This document shows positions 23,413 to 36,530 of a stretch of 57,036 nucleotides of DNA, one piece after another. Every line of letters starts with the position of its first letter. Position 1 is the first letter of the stretch. A program made the translations under genes and the position numbers. The stretch comes from Girardia tigrina (taxonomy: Eukaryota): positions 9,258 to 66,293 of the forward strand of contig MQRK01218689.1 in assembly GCA_001938485.1 (NCBI GenBank). The letters run 5' to 3'. Under the pieces are notes generated by a model. That model did not search any database and had not been told where the DNA came from. It saw only the letters and a list, made by a program, of their open reading frames with translations.

Positions 23413-24763
23413 ATGGAAAAGATTTTTGAAAATGAATTCGAATCACATTTAAAAAGTACAAAATCACTAGATTTAGATTACAATAAACATTTTGATCATC
23501 TGATATACTAAACATTTTACCTTCAACAGGTTCAATAAATAATCTTAATAGTAATGGAGCACTTTTATTTCAAGTATTACAGACTTCCAATCCAATAGAT
23601 TTATGTAATTCTTATCTCTATTTTGAAATTGAAATATCAAATACTGATAAAAATGATATAACTTTAGAAAATAATTTTCTTCCTTCCTTATTTAATAGAA
23701 TGACATTAAAACTAGGACACTATTCAATTGAAAGTATTGAACATCCAGGAGTTTGTTCTTCAATATTAAATTTTATATGTAAAGATTCTCCATATTTGTG
23801 TAGTGGTGAAACATATGGATGGATTCCTGATCATGATATAATTGAACAAAAGATAACTCAAGCAGCAGATAAAACAGTTACAACATCATATATTCAAAAA
23901 AATATTGGATATGAAAAAAACGTTTATTTTATAAAATAGAAAATAATGGAAAATGTAAATTTGCATTAGGATTCCGTTTAAAACATTTATTTGGATTCTT
24001 ACAAGATTTCAAACAGAATAATTTTTAATACTCAAATTGAATTTAGTACTAAATAGAAATATTGATGATAAAATGATATTTTTTGGAAATGAAGATGCAA
24101 ATCCGAAATTAGAAATTAAAAATCTTGAAACATGTAATGTTTATGAAATTACATTAGAAGTAAATTCAGAAATTAGACAATTAGAAAGATTAAAATCAGG
24201 TAATCCAATTTACGTAGATTATTTAGAAAGGATTTCAGGACAAATTGATTTAACAGAAGGAACATCATATTCAACAAATCTATCAACATTAGATTATTCA
24301 CCAAGATTTATTTTCATCGGATTTAAAGACAGAAATTATATATAAAAAAAATAATTCACAATTAATATTAAAAGGTATTCAATCAAAAGGTATTCAATCA
24401 ATACAATTAAAATTAAATACAACAAATTACCCTTTTAAATCCAATTGAAATATCCAATTCTGAATTTCCCTTTTTCCATATCAAGAATATATTAAAATAT
24501 GTAGAAATTTTCAAGATAAATCTGGTTCACCGCAATTATCTTTACATGATTGGAAAACATATTATCCAATTTTCTATTCTGATGTTTCAAATACAGATTC
24601 AATACTCGATATTTCAAATATTAATATAACATTATTATTAAAAAAAGAATCAACTTTTAAACCAAGAATGAACTACTTAATATTACAAGAAACTCGAATT
24701 AAAATGAAATGTAATGGAGGACAAATAACAGTAATTGAAACTATTAAAGGTGAACGAAGTTGA
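23413..24763 (+). pseudogene. Polinton-type major capsid protein (double jelly roll)
   Basis: NSYLYFEIEI...ITLENNFLPSLF...IESIEHPG...GWIPD; PLKHLFGFLQDF...LVLNRN; PRFIFIGFK; SIQLKLN...YP; YQEY...LSLHDWKTYYPIF. Multiple frameshifts. Confidence 0.8.
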
Positions 24764-24849
24764 ACCATATCATAAATTTTTAATATATTATTTTATACAA
24801 TTAGGATTATACAATTCATATACAATTCATATATTATTTTATAAAAAAT

Positions 24850-25270
24850 AGATACAATAGAAAACCAAAATTCAATTGAATCTGAATTAAGAAAAAATAA
24901 TCCAATCTGAAAAACCAACAGTAATAAAAATTAGTAATAAAAATATTATATTAGTAAAAAAATAATAAATGATATAAAAAATAAAGAAGAACATGAAGGT
25001 GGTCTTTTACCATTAACTACCTTAATTCCATTAATTACTGGTGCAATTGCAGCAGCAGGAGGAACTGCAACCGGCATTGCAACAACTGTACCAAAAGCAA
25101 AAGAGGCAGTCAACAATTCAGCAGAGACTGATAAAATAAATTTAGAAAAGAAAAAATTGGAAAAAGAAATAGCATAGATGCAAACTTCTAAAGGAGATGG
25201 AAGCGTAGCTGGAGCCGTTGGATCTGGCCTGTACCTAAATCCTTATGAAGGAACTGGAATTCAAAAATAT
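24850..25270 (+). pseudogene. pX/cupiennin-like core or membrane-active virion protein
   Basis: EGGLLPLTTLIPLITGAIAAAGGTATGIA and GSGLYLNPYEGTGI: Gly-Gly maturation-type motif followed by a hydrophobic helix. Confidence 0.7.
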
Positions 25271-28200
25271 TTCAGATATTTCAGAAAATGATAAAACACA
25301 ATTATTTTCAAATTTAAAACTTCTCTCAAGATAATACGACCTTTTGACGGGTTATTGCCACGGGTGCTTCTCACTATATTCTATCTGAGGAGGAACGGAT
25401 ATTCATTTTCCTTCACCGGGTAAGTTTTTATTCAGCTTTGTCTGTTTTTTTCTTTATATCGTGTTTTAGTTTTGATACGGTATTCGCACTGCTCTGCCGA
25501 ACTACAAGGGTGTCGAGAACAATTTCCGGATTCAAACCATCATGTCAATTTGTCTTAATTTTTTAAATATATGTATTAAATATATTTGCCTTCTTCTTTT
25601 CTTTATATTTTATGTTCTGTACCGCATGTCTGTGTATATAGAAATGTGTCTAGTAAGGTATAAATGAGTTTCCGACCGCAACATTAGGCATGTAAATCCC
25701 TACATAGGGAGTGTGCCTTTAGAAGCCATAAGCATCTCAGAACCTTCTAAAAGGCCTCAGGCTTAATATCTTTATAGGATGAAAGGATCACAAATCAAAT
25801 TAAAATACAAATTAGAATGTTTAAAGAGTTTTTAATAGATTATTCCAGTTTTAATAATACAAAATACAATATTTCAAAAATAATAAAATTTACATTTAAT
25901 TAAACCATATATTTATATTTATATTTATTTTGATATGATTAATTTGTGCAAGAAAAATGAAAAAGTGTCTTTCACAAATTTACTTAAACACATCTTATTA
26001 TTTTATATTGTTGTTATTGAATAAAAGTTGTAAAAATATCTTCAATTGCGTTTTTATCGAAAAACAACCACGAACCCAACATGGCAACCAAAACCAGTCA
26101 TTCGGATCAACTGATATTACGATTAATATCCGAGCAATACAGAAAACAAGACGACAAGAAATTCATCGCATCTGCCCGCACATGGAATGGATATAAATTT
26201 TTTTTAATTTCCCTAGTTCATTTTAGTACAAATCTTAAGGTAGAAGTTAAACTATTTCAAAAAGTAATTGTGGTACTTAATGGGTTAAAACTTTTGTTGA
26301 TCTTAAGTATTTTAACAAGTTAACTTTTTATTCACTTAATTTATTTGTGTCATATTTTCAAATATTTTATGCATATTTTTTTGCGTATTCTATATATAAA
26401 TTTATAGTAAAATTATAAATGATAATTAAAAAATATGAACCATAATTATTAATGTTACAAAATTCTGGTTTTAATACTAATAACATTACAATTATATGAT
26501 AACAATAAGTGCTTATTATTATTACAAATGAATTTATTACTACTAAATATTATTAATAACTTTATTTAGATAGAAATAGAAGATATCAAATTTTAGGAAG
26601 TCGTAAGAAGGAAAGAGGTAGATATACAATTATTAAAGATTTAAACTAAAATGTAACTATAAATGTAATGTATATATATATATGTATATATAATGTATAT
26701 GTATGTATATATATATGTGTGTGTGTGTATATAATGTTGATATATATTATACAATATTGATAATCCGTTTTGTATTAAATGTAAGTAAAATAATATCATA
26801 ATAAATAGCAATCGTCACAAGAGATATATTGTTATGAATTGATTTTTTTTCTTAAAAAATACAATTTAGACTCTTAAAATATATTAAGTGATATTTTTAA
26901 ATATAAATTATTGGTGTTGTCTACACTTAGAACCCCGGAACCGGTCATTTTTAATATTTTAAAAATGACATTTATCATAGCGTCTGTCTGAGAGACTTTA
27001 GGGACTCCTTTTTTGTAAATTTATATTAGGGTTTGAAGTCAAAACTATAAAAGCGAAACTTTAAAAAAGTTTCTTTTTTTATATGAATAAAAATTTTATA
27101 CTCCAACACTGAAACCTGTCATTTATGACCAGTAAATTTAATTAGTGAGAGGAATATTTTTGAATGGTGTTTATTGTGTGTTGTTTGGTATGCTGTTTTA
27201 GGATTGTGTTTCTCCCACCCAGATGGAAGATTGATATTTTGAATATTTTAAAACGTCTGGTTGTTTAATCAATTATTAAAATTTAAATAACTAACTTTAA
27301 AATTAAACTAATATTTCATAAATAATATTTTAATAATATTTTCTTAAAATAAATAAAAATTATTTCACAATTAAAGTATAAATAATTTTTGTAATAATTA
27401 AAGTATAATTTAAATTAAAAATTATTTTAGTAATAATTAAATTGTATTTTAAATTTGTTTGAATAATAAGATGTTAAAGAATATTATTAAAGATTATCAA
27501 TCAAGAACGATGACGAGCTACGCAAATTTTACGGAGAATTGTTCTAGTGGCAATTCAAATTGTGATATAAATAAATGTAAAGAAAACCCAATTAATGTTC
27601 TTGATAAGTGAATACACTATAATTTGGCTAAGTTTTTTTCGAGATACTTGCACGAAATCTTCAAATTATCATTCCATCACATACAGAGGTATTTTTTTAC
27701 AATTATTTTGATTATAGTACAGCGTATTTTATTGATGTTTTTGTACGCAAACATAATTTCAGGGTAAAGTAATGCATTTATAACTATGACTAAAATTGAA
27801 AAAGAAGCAAATTACGATGTAAGCGAGAAAGACGACTGGTGGGGATAAAATTTGAAACTAAAAAATTATTTGGCAAATCGTTTTGTTGTTTTATCCGTGT
27901 ATCGCTTTGTCCTAGAATCCTTTTTTATAAACTTAAAATGGAGTTAAGAACCAAATCGACAATTAACCTACAGCAAACGGAGGCATCTTTGAAAGAAATG
28001 ATTGAAAAGAAGAGGTCCTTGATATAATGTAAAAGAACTTCATGCTAAATGTTTATTTCTGTTTGAAATGTTTAATTTTTTTAATACACTTGAAGCGTAT
28101 TGTATATGTTAAATTAATAAATAAAATGGCTTTAATGAAAATAATTTATTTTCCGACAAGAGCAAATCAAAATTATATCAACTTCCCTTTCACATTTCGC

Positions 28201-29505
28201 CTTCATAATACAGACTCCATGCCACTGTACATCGATCATATTCAAGTACAATTTAAATATATGGTCAATATACAATTTTAAAACAATATTTATTCACACT
28301 TTCTATTCTAAAAGCAAACAGACATCTACGTAAGTTTTCCATCTGAGTAAAAAGTAATTGCTGTATTTACTTCAAGTACTTGCAATAATTGAATAAAACT
28401 CTCTGTTAGGCTGCCACTCTTTGCCCTTAACGATGCTGGAAGTCAGCCATGAGGAGCTCCATTTCGCCGCCATTTTTACTACTGAAAAAACGATAAATTT
28501 ATTTTAATATTGATGATTTATATAAACTGAGATGAACACGACTAATTTCAGTGAAAGCCCGTAGGCCAAATCCGCTTTTAATAAGCCGCTTAAACTTTAG
28601 CACATGCGGTCCCTTGCGCAATTATTCACATTGAAAGGAAATCTGTCTACAGCTAAAAAATAGTAATCAATTTATATGAAAATCAAAGTATTTTAGAGAT
28701 TAACCATTTAATGCTTGTGGGTTTCTTTGAAATGAGCTCAAAAAAGCAGTCTTCTGTTTTAGTTTATAATATTGGCAAAGTAAAAGTCATAATATAAACT
28801 TAAAAAACCATGCCGATTTTGTTTGTTAGTATCATATGTTAATGAATTGAATACTTTAATAAATTTTATTTTAATTTAATGAAAATAACTTATTCAAAGT
28901 TTCTTTATTAAAGTTTCAAAAGTACTCTCAAAATGTGAAGAAAGTGGAAACCAGATTCAAAGATTTTCAGGTTAGTGCGTTATTGAAATGTGACTATAAT
29001 TTCAGAACATTCAGAATATGTTTTTGATTGTATTTTTATTTTTTTATATAGATTTTTTTTAATATTCCTATAATTTTTATTTATATAATAAAGTATTTGT
29101 CAAAATACTTAACAATTCACATAATGAAACTTGAAGAATCATCAGATTGAAACCATTGAGCCATTTGGCCGCTCAGGCAATCTTTTAATTATTTAAACCA
29201 AAAAAGAATCCACTGGCTGAAGAAGATTGATCAAATCACTTAGGATTATATAAAACAAAATCTTTCTTTTTGGCAAATGCTCTTTTGCCTCTTAGGAAAT
29301 ATGGCGTCGATCACCATCAAATATAAGAAGCAGTTCATTATGTCGTACAGTTACCATAAGGAACATGTAATTTATCCACATTTTGAACATTTTTTGTGTC
29401 GACCCAAGATTTTGGTGCTGTCATTTGAACAACTTCATTTTTTGTAGAGATTGATTTATTTTGATTCAAGGATTGATTTAAGTGGGGGATTATTAGAAGT
29501 TTTAG

Positions 29506-29535
<30 letters not shown>

Positions 29536-29539
<4 letters not shown>

Positions 29540-30805
29540 GTTGATCGAAAAATAATAGCGGTTTTTGAGCTTTATACTTTTATCTACTTTTATATGTATA
29601 TAAGTTTAAATGCATTAGTGTTAGATATTATTTGAAATCTTATACCTAGCTGTATATTCCTATAGCCATTATTAACATATTGTTGTTATATTTTAGAATA
29701 TGTACGCTGCTAAATTAATAATGGAAAAAAATTAAAATTCGAGCAATTTTTGTACGAATTTAAACTGGGTCGTAAAGCAGCAGAAACGGCTCGCAATATC
29801 AATAAAGCGTTTGGCAAGGGAACAGCTTCTGAGCGCACAGTGCAACGATGGTTCCGAAACTTTTCTGATTGAGATGAAAACTTTGAAGATGAAGAAGGTT
29901 GTGGTCGTCCAGTTGCTGTGAACAACGACAATTTGAGCACAATGGTGGAAACAGATCCCAGTACAACAATCAGAGAACTTGCAGATGGGTTTGGCATTAG
30001 TCATTCAACAGTCTTGGATCAAAAGCACTTAGAAAAATCAGGAAACTTGATAAATGGGTTCCACATATTTTGAATGAAAATCAAAAGAACCGACGCTATG
30101 AAATTTGTTCTGCCAATCTTCTTCGCAATAAAAACAATCCATTTCTTGATCGTATTGTTACCTGTGATGAGAAATGGATCCTGTATGATAACCGACGTTG
30201 ATCTACACAGTGATTGGACAAAGATGAAGTACCGAAACACTTTCCAAAACCGAAACTAACACCCCGAAAGTTTATGATGACAGTTTGGTAGTGTGATGTT
30301 GGAATCATCCACTATAGTTTCTTGAATCCAGGTGAAACAATCACAGCGGAGAGGTATTGTCATGAAATTGATGAAATGAATAAAAAATTGAAAACCCTTT
30401 GTCCGGGATTGGTCAATCGAAAAAGTCCTATCCTTCTTCATGATAATGCTAGACCTCATATTTCAAAATTGACTCTTCAAACGTTTAATGAGTTGGGCTA
30501 TGAAACCCTGCTTCATCCACCATATTCACCAGACCTCTCACCAACGGACTTCTACTTTTTCAGGCATTTGTACAACTTCCTACGTGAAAAAATTTCAAAA
30601 ACCAAAATGATTCACAAAATGCCTTCCAAGAATTCGTCGCTTCGAGAACCGATGCATTTTATGGTGATGGAATAAAACAACTTGTTTTTCGTTGGCAAAA
30701 ATGTATTGATGCCAACGGTTCATACTTTGATTAATAAACTTTTGTTTCTGTGAATTTTCACGTCTTTGAAGTTTGTGTCCCAAAACCGCCATTATTTTTT
30801 TTCAT
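29536..30805 (+). mobile_element. mariner (DD34D) element, decayed, inserted in a (TA)n tract
   Basis: TIR ttaggttgatcgaaaaataatagcggtttttg / caaaaccgccattatttt. Transposase 29721-30734: FLYEFKLGRKAAETARNIN, WVPH, VTCDEKW, HDNARPH, HPPYSPDLSPTDF. Confidence 0.95.
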
Positions 30806-31099
30806 TATTAGCAATTGTATTAACACCATAATGTTATTTTTTAAAAGGGAACAAGCTTATCATTTATTTCTTTAATTTATGATGTTTTGGATTATAATGG
30901 TAAAACGTTTTTACAAAATTTTAATTAAAGATTTTAAGATTTCACACAGTTTTACTTTGTCCATGTTTATTAATGGGTTAGTGTCTTCTTAATAATGATT
31001 ATTAATAATGAAAGATTCAAGTTGTATTTTACCGAGAAAAATAAGTGATAAATCGATATTATTTTGCATTTTTGAAATTATAATGGATAATAATTCGAA

Positions 31100-31280
31100 C
31101 AACACTGCGCGGCAGCGGCCTTAATCGTTTAGATCACATGCGCCATTGCTTCACACAATTTGGCGACGCATGGAGGATCCCAACAACGTCACCGACCACG
31201 CCCTCGGGCCACCTGGGAACCCTCCACTTTTCCGAGTGACATGGACATTCTAGGAGACGAGAATGCGGTCCGGGAAGATA
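31100..31280 (-). mobile_element. RTE LINE 3' fragment
   Basis: GC-rich island; minus strand SLGKVEGSQVARGRGR*RCWD. Confidence 0.5.
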
Positions 31281-32037
31281 AAGATAACATCAGTTTTATA
31301 ATTTTTATTTATCTAAAAAATGTACTAATACAATTTTTTTAAACAAATTTAAACAAAATTATATTTATTTATTTTTTTTAATTTTGAGAAACTATTTATT
31401 TCATAAATTTAAAATCGGTATAATAACATAAATATAGTATTAATAATTAATTTTACTTTTCTTTAATTTCCGAAGAGTAAATACTTTAATTTTCCTTAAA
31501 TAACTAACGAAAAATTTAATTTATTTACTCAAATTTATTTATTTCTAGATTTTTTTTAAATTTAAAATTATATTTTTTTTCAACTACTAATTCAAAATTT
31601 TTTAAAACATTTGCCAAAAATTTCTTACACTCAAGTTTTATTAAAATTATTCTTGAGCCATTATTATTTTTAATTTAATTTAGTTTATTTACAAATTATT
31701 ATTAAGTTATTAATTATATCTCACAGAGAAGTTAGATGAAATCGTCAAACAAGTCGGCAAAATATTCGGTAAGATATTATCAAGTTTTTTTAAATATTTT
31801 TTAATTATAAATATTTATAATTTTTGTAATATAATTAATAGATGAAAATCTTGAAATGACAACATTTTATTATTATTATTGTTTCTATAATTATGTGACA
31901 TAAAATAATATTGTTACGGTGATATAAGACATTGTATTAGTGTTTTCGAAAATTAGTTATAAAAAAATACATTTTCTTTAAATTCAATCAAAAATATATT
32001 AAATAATTACAACGAATCTGATGATAATATTCATATA

Positions 32038-32260
32038 TACACGAGGAAATTTCATTAAGTTACTTGTCAAGGCCAAAATTAAACAGATTTTGAAGGAAAT
32101 TTGATGTTATTTTTAGTGTCATCTCTATAATGCTAAATGCACTTGGTTCATTCGTCTTTTGATGGTCATAAACCTTTGAAGAAAATCTTCCGGTTGGTTG
32201 CGTAAACATTCTGTGACCGCAGCAACAACCTCGCCATCACTAGAATCTGTTGGCCTCGCA
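32038..32260 (-). mobile_element. mariner 3' fragment with TIR
   Basis: TIR-like tacacgagg...ttcattaagttacttgtcaaggcc; minus strand SSDGEVVAAVTECLRNQPEDF. Confidence 0.6.
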
Positions 32261-33789
32261 AGAATAAATAAATAATGCATGTTTATTTTAGTTCATGTTA
32301 AAGTGTTATTGTTTCCTTCCAAAGTTGATTCATTAATCGAGCGCTCTGGTAAACCAATATTGGGTCATTTGTTTTATTTAAGACAGGGAATATAAAAATA
32401 AAAAAATGATAAATTATAAGTATAATAATTAGAATTCTAATGTGAAATTGAACAATATTTCCCTAAATACTTTGATTGCTTGGAAAAATAAATAAATATC
32501 GTTGTCTTTATTCGAGAAATATCGCCAGAAATTATTTAGACGATTCGCCATTGCCGATCAATCATACAATTCGTCAAGCGAACTTTCATCCCGTGAACGC
32601 GGAGAGTTGTCTCCGAAATTATTAATTTCCAAAACAATTTTTCTATCATTTGAAAATCATTAAAATATTTTGTGAAAACGAATAAGTTTCATTCTGTAAC
32701 CATTTTTTATGTTTATTAATTCATTTTAACATTCGTTTTACAGCGATTCCGTTGCAATTCCTTAGGGGTTATAATTCCATCAATTCTTTCTACTAATACT
32801 AATTTTAGCCGGACTTTTGATTTCGTTTTTATTTAGTACTATCTTCCACTAATAATGTGTATTATTGTTAATATTATATATTTGTATCCATCATCTATTC
32901 GTACTATTTATATAAATAACATTTTGTACAAAGAAATAGTTTTTTTCTTGATCAATTACCCTAATCTGAGTCAGAAGGATGTCGATGAGTGTCCTGTCCT
33001 AAAATGTTGATTGATTCCTTAAACCTCAAGTGACTAGTAAATTACCTTCGCTGTGAACCTTTCGGATCAGGAGTCGTCTTTTTAATTCCAATAATAATAT
33101 ATAATTATAATATTCTCTAACAAAGTTTCAAAAATCAATAGCAGCCTCTCTCAACTTATTTTGTTAATGACCGTTAACCCCTGTGTAAAGACTTTGCACT
33201 GTTCTTCTATATTTATTTAATCGATATTATATCCTCAAATCGTTTTTAGTTCAACTATGATTCAGTTGTAGCTATTGTTTCATATTTCCTAGATTTTAGT
33301 TAATTTTGAACCAGTCATATTAGAAATACCTTACGTACTTTTTCGGTAGTTATTTGATTGATATGATTAGATGGCGCGATACTCTCATACCTCTGGAACA
33401 CTATACTGGTCTGACGGACTTCAAGCTTTATACTGATATGTGTCGAAAAACCGAGCAACGTATATTTTCGATTTATGTTTATACCGAGTTGTAAAACAAA
33501 TTTATTAGTTTTTAAATACTAAAAAATCAATTTCGAAAATTCTGAGAGTTTTATTTTTTTACTGAGCAAAAAAAAAGTCATTATTTGAATTTTATGTCCC
33601 AATAATAATATGTAACCAAATAAGATAAAAAAGACTTATGTTAACTTTATGTTCGGCATTAGAGTCCACAGTAATGGGACTAAGAAAAATGGATTAGGGA
33701 AATCGAATAAAAATGATACACATTCAATTTTCTCAAAATTTAGAAGCATATCGACAATTTTCAAATAAATTTTCAAATCAAAACTAATA

Positions 33790-33960
33790 AATTGCTAACA
33801 ACTCCTTCCGAGTTATGCTGTATCCTTTCTTGTGATTATTCTTCGTTTGTGAACCGTATGCAATAACTCTCTCATCATTCTTCTTGTCTTTCTGTGGTAG
33901 TACTGCGCTAATAGAGTCAAAACTGGAATCTGGGTCAAAATTATAATCTTTCTCAAGTTC
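33790..33960 (-). mobile_element. Gypsy RNase H fragment
   Basis: DPDSSFDSISAVLPQKD...ERVIAYGSQ...KGYSITRKELLA. Confidence 0.7.
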
Positions 33961-34949
33961 TTGTGTTGATGACGTGTGTTAATTTGAGTTTTAAAATTAG
34001 AATTATGATTTTCCCACAAATGTGTATAATTTTTGCTTTATTATTGTTGGGTTCTTGATCAATATTAGAATTCATAACACCAAAAATTTATTAATAACAC
34101 AATTAACAATTAGTCAAACAATTTTTTAATTAACAATTTTTTTGTAATAAAAATTGTTCTTTTTAATAAAAATTTTTGTAGAGGAACTTTCCTATCGTTT
34201 TCTTAATGACCAGATTCTTATATAAAAATATGAAATTATAAATATAAATAACTGATAAGTTATATTACAATTGAAAGTTTTTAATTCTATTTATTTTACA
34301 TTCCTTATTTTTAAATTAAAAACCAACAAAATTTTGTGATCATTTTTTTTACTAAATTAATCATAATGATATTTTATTATTTTAGAATTAGTTTAATGTT
34401 ATTTCTCTTTTTTTGAAACATTTCTAATTAATAAAGATTTTAACGTTTTATTTTTTTCAAAATTTACAAATTTTATTATTTTTATGATACGTTAATGATA
34501 AAAGTCTTAATTAAATTATTTTTACAAAACTATTTAGAATAACTTTTAAAATTATTACAACCTATTTTATCATTGTATTTATATATATTTCTTTTAATCA
34601 ATTATTTAAAAATCCATTATTTCCCAATTAATTTCATTTTAAGTTTTTTTTACTACAAATAAAACTCAATTATTCTCGAAAATAACTTTTTTAAATTAAA
34701 TACGATATTTTTTACATTATTAGAAAAACTTTTGATTTTAAATATTTACTTATTTCAAATATTATAAAAAAATATTTATTCAAAAATTTAAAGGATGAAC
34801 TTTTCACATGAGTCCTTCACAATTATAAAGAATGTTTCACAAAATACACAGTTTTTAAAAATGAAATAAATCAATCAAACTTGAATGAAAATTTAAAAAT
34901 TTTTATTTAATTTCATTCAAAATATACTTTGATTAAATAATTAAAAATC

Positions 34950-35560
34950 ATATCCAGCATATGTTCATCTTCACTTAGTGAATGGGTTTTTGTTACCCCA
35001 AATGTGACAGTTTTGTTTGTTAACATACTCGAGAGATAAAAATGTACTTTGAAGATTATTCTTTTTGAAACATTTTCGTCCGCTTGTTGTCTAGTCTCAA
35101 TCCAATTGGCGAATCTTTGCCAGATCTGCGTATTTCTGCTCGTTTGTCAACTGAATCATGTAGGAGTGCACAGGAAGATCTTTTTTAAGTATTTGACGCA
35201 CAGTCGATTTTGACATATGATGTATGTCACATATCCAGCTGTAGTGCATAACGGGAAATCAACTGCAAAGGGTTCACTTTCACACTGTCCTGATTTAATG
35301 CAATGTTTTGTTGTGTTCAAACAGTACGGTTTTGACTGGGCGATTTTCGGGATGCAACTGAACCAGATTTTATGCCTTTTTGTACCAACCTCGAACCTTT
35401 TGTTTGGGTAGGCGCATTGTAACATCCAATGATCATTCAAAGTTTAATTTTCCTACCTCTGAGCAAAATCTTAAAAATTGCAAATGCATCTACAATATGA
35501 AAAATTGGTCCTGCAACGAAGCCTTTATCATGGCAGTTCTCTAAAGGCAAATTAGATGAT
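34950..35560 (-). mobile_element. rosa/Tc1-like transposase N-terminal fragment
   Basis: APTQ...RLVQK...GSV; STVRQILKKDL.VHSYMIQLT; VNKQNCHIWGNKNP. Confidence 0.7.
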
Positions 35561-35865
35561 GTCGTACCAAAAATTATAATGTATTTAACATAATTACGTA
35601 ACGTTTTAAAATTTATTTGAAGTGAAATTATATATTATTTTTAACGATTTAAAGTTTTTAATGCTAAATTTTTAGAATTTTTAAAGATTATTTAAATATT
35701 AGAAATAATTGAGATTAATTGTTCGAGATGTTGATAAATATGATCCTTTTATTCTTGGATCAAATCTTTTTATTATTCAAAAGCATTATTACTTACGACT
35801 AGATTAAACTATAAACTGTATCGCATCAAAAAGATAATATAAATAAAATACATTTATAAATAAAG

Positions 35866-36275
35866 ATAAGGACTTTGAAGTTAAAATTAAATATGAAAGT
35901 AAAGAAATAAATCTCAAAGGGTAAAACGACTGTGTCGTTCAAATGAAGAAGAAGATTTGTTCTCAATTATCAAATACGAAATATAATAATTATAAAATAA
36001 TGAGACTGAAATATAATGGAAATATTCTCGATGATAATCGATATTTGCTGCCGTACATCACTGACGGAAATATCGCTGTCGAATGTGAGATCGATCATTC
36101 GATCAATGATCAGTTTATATTATTATTATTGATTATATTATTTATATTTATTATTAGTAAATAATTTGTGATTATTGAAGTGAAAGAAAATGTTAATGTT
36201 CCAAAGTTATTACAACTGTAAAAGCAAAACAAAGTCGGAGATAATAAAAATTATTTATCTCTTCATAAATCTTTC
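35866..36275 (+). pseudogene. Degenerate tandem duplicate of the first Ubl exons of the downstream pseudokinase gene
   Basis: Near-identical to 36560-36950, but with in-frame stops and a lost acceptor. Confidence 0.8.
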
Positions 36276-36530
36276 CGTCAAACACAAATTAATGGCAAAG
36301 CTTGTTAAAATTGCACAGTTCTTTGAGAGAAGGCACTCGGTGTGGACAGTTCCGTCTTAGCTACAACGCCGGAAATTCAAAAAAGACGGACTTATTTAAC
36401 CGACTTCGACTAAATATTTGATTATTAAAAATATTTTCCATTTCCTAATTACACTAATGTATTATCATATAAACTTTGTAACAAAGTTGACATAAGAATT
36501 TATTTTATTAAGAATATTTAAATGTTTTAG

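Larger units (their letters stand above)
20630..25270 (+). mobile_element. Polinton/Maverick (adintovirus-like) endogenous viral element, partial and decayed
   Basis: Co-directional cluster of packaging ATPase, PLA2-integrase, double jelly-roll capsid and pX-like genes. Confidence 0.9.

Noticed and set aside
25957-26323. Overlapping ~80-aa ORFs after the viral module
   Set aside because: No recognisable motif or splice structure in any frame.
26920-28030. piggyBac-like end and traces (DELRKFYG, GIKF)
   Set aside because: No TTAA or second end; too decayed to support.
28330-29420. Faint THAP-like (minus) and CK1-like kinase (plus) traces
   Set aside because: Need several assumed frameshifts and could be chance.
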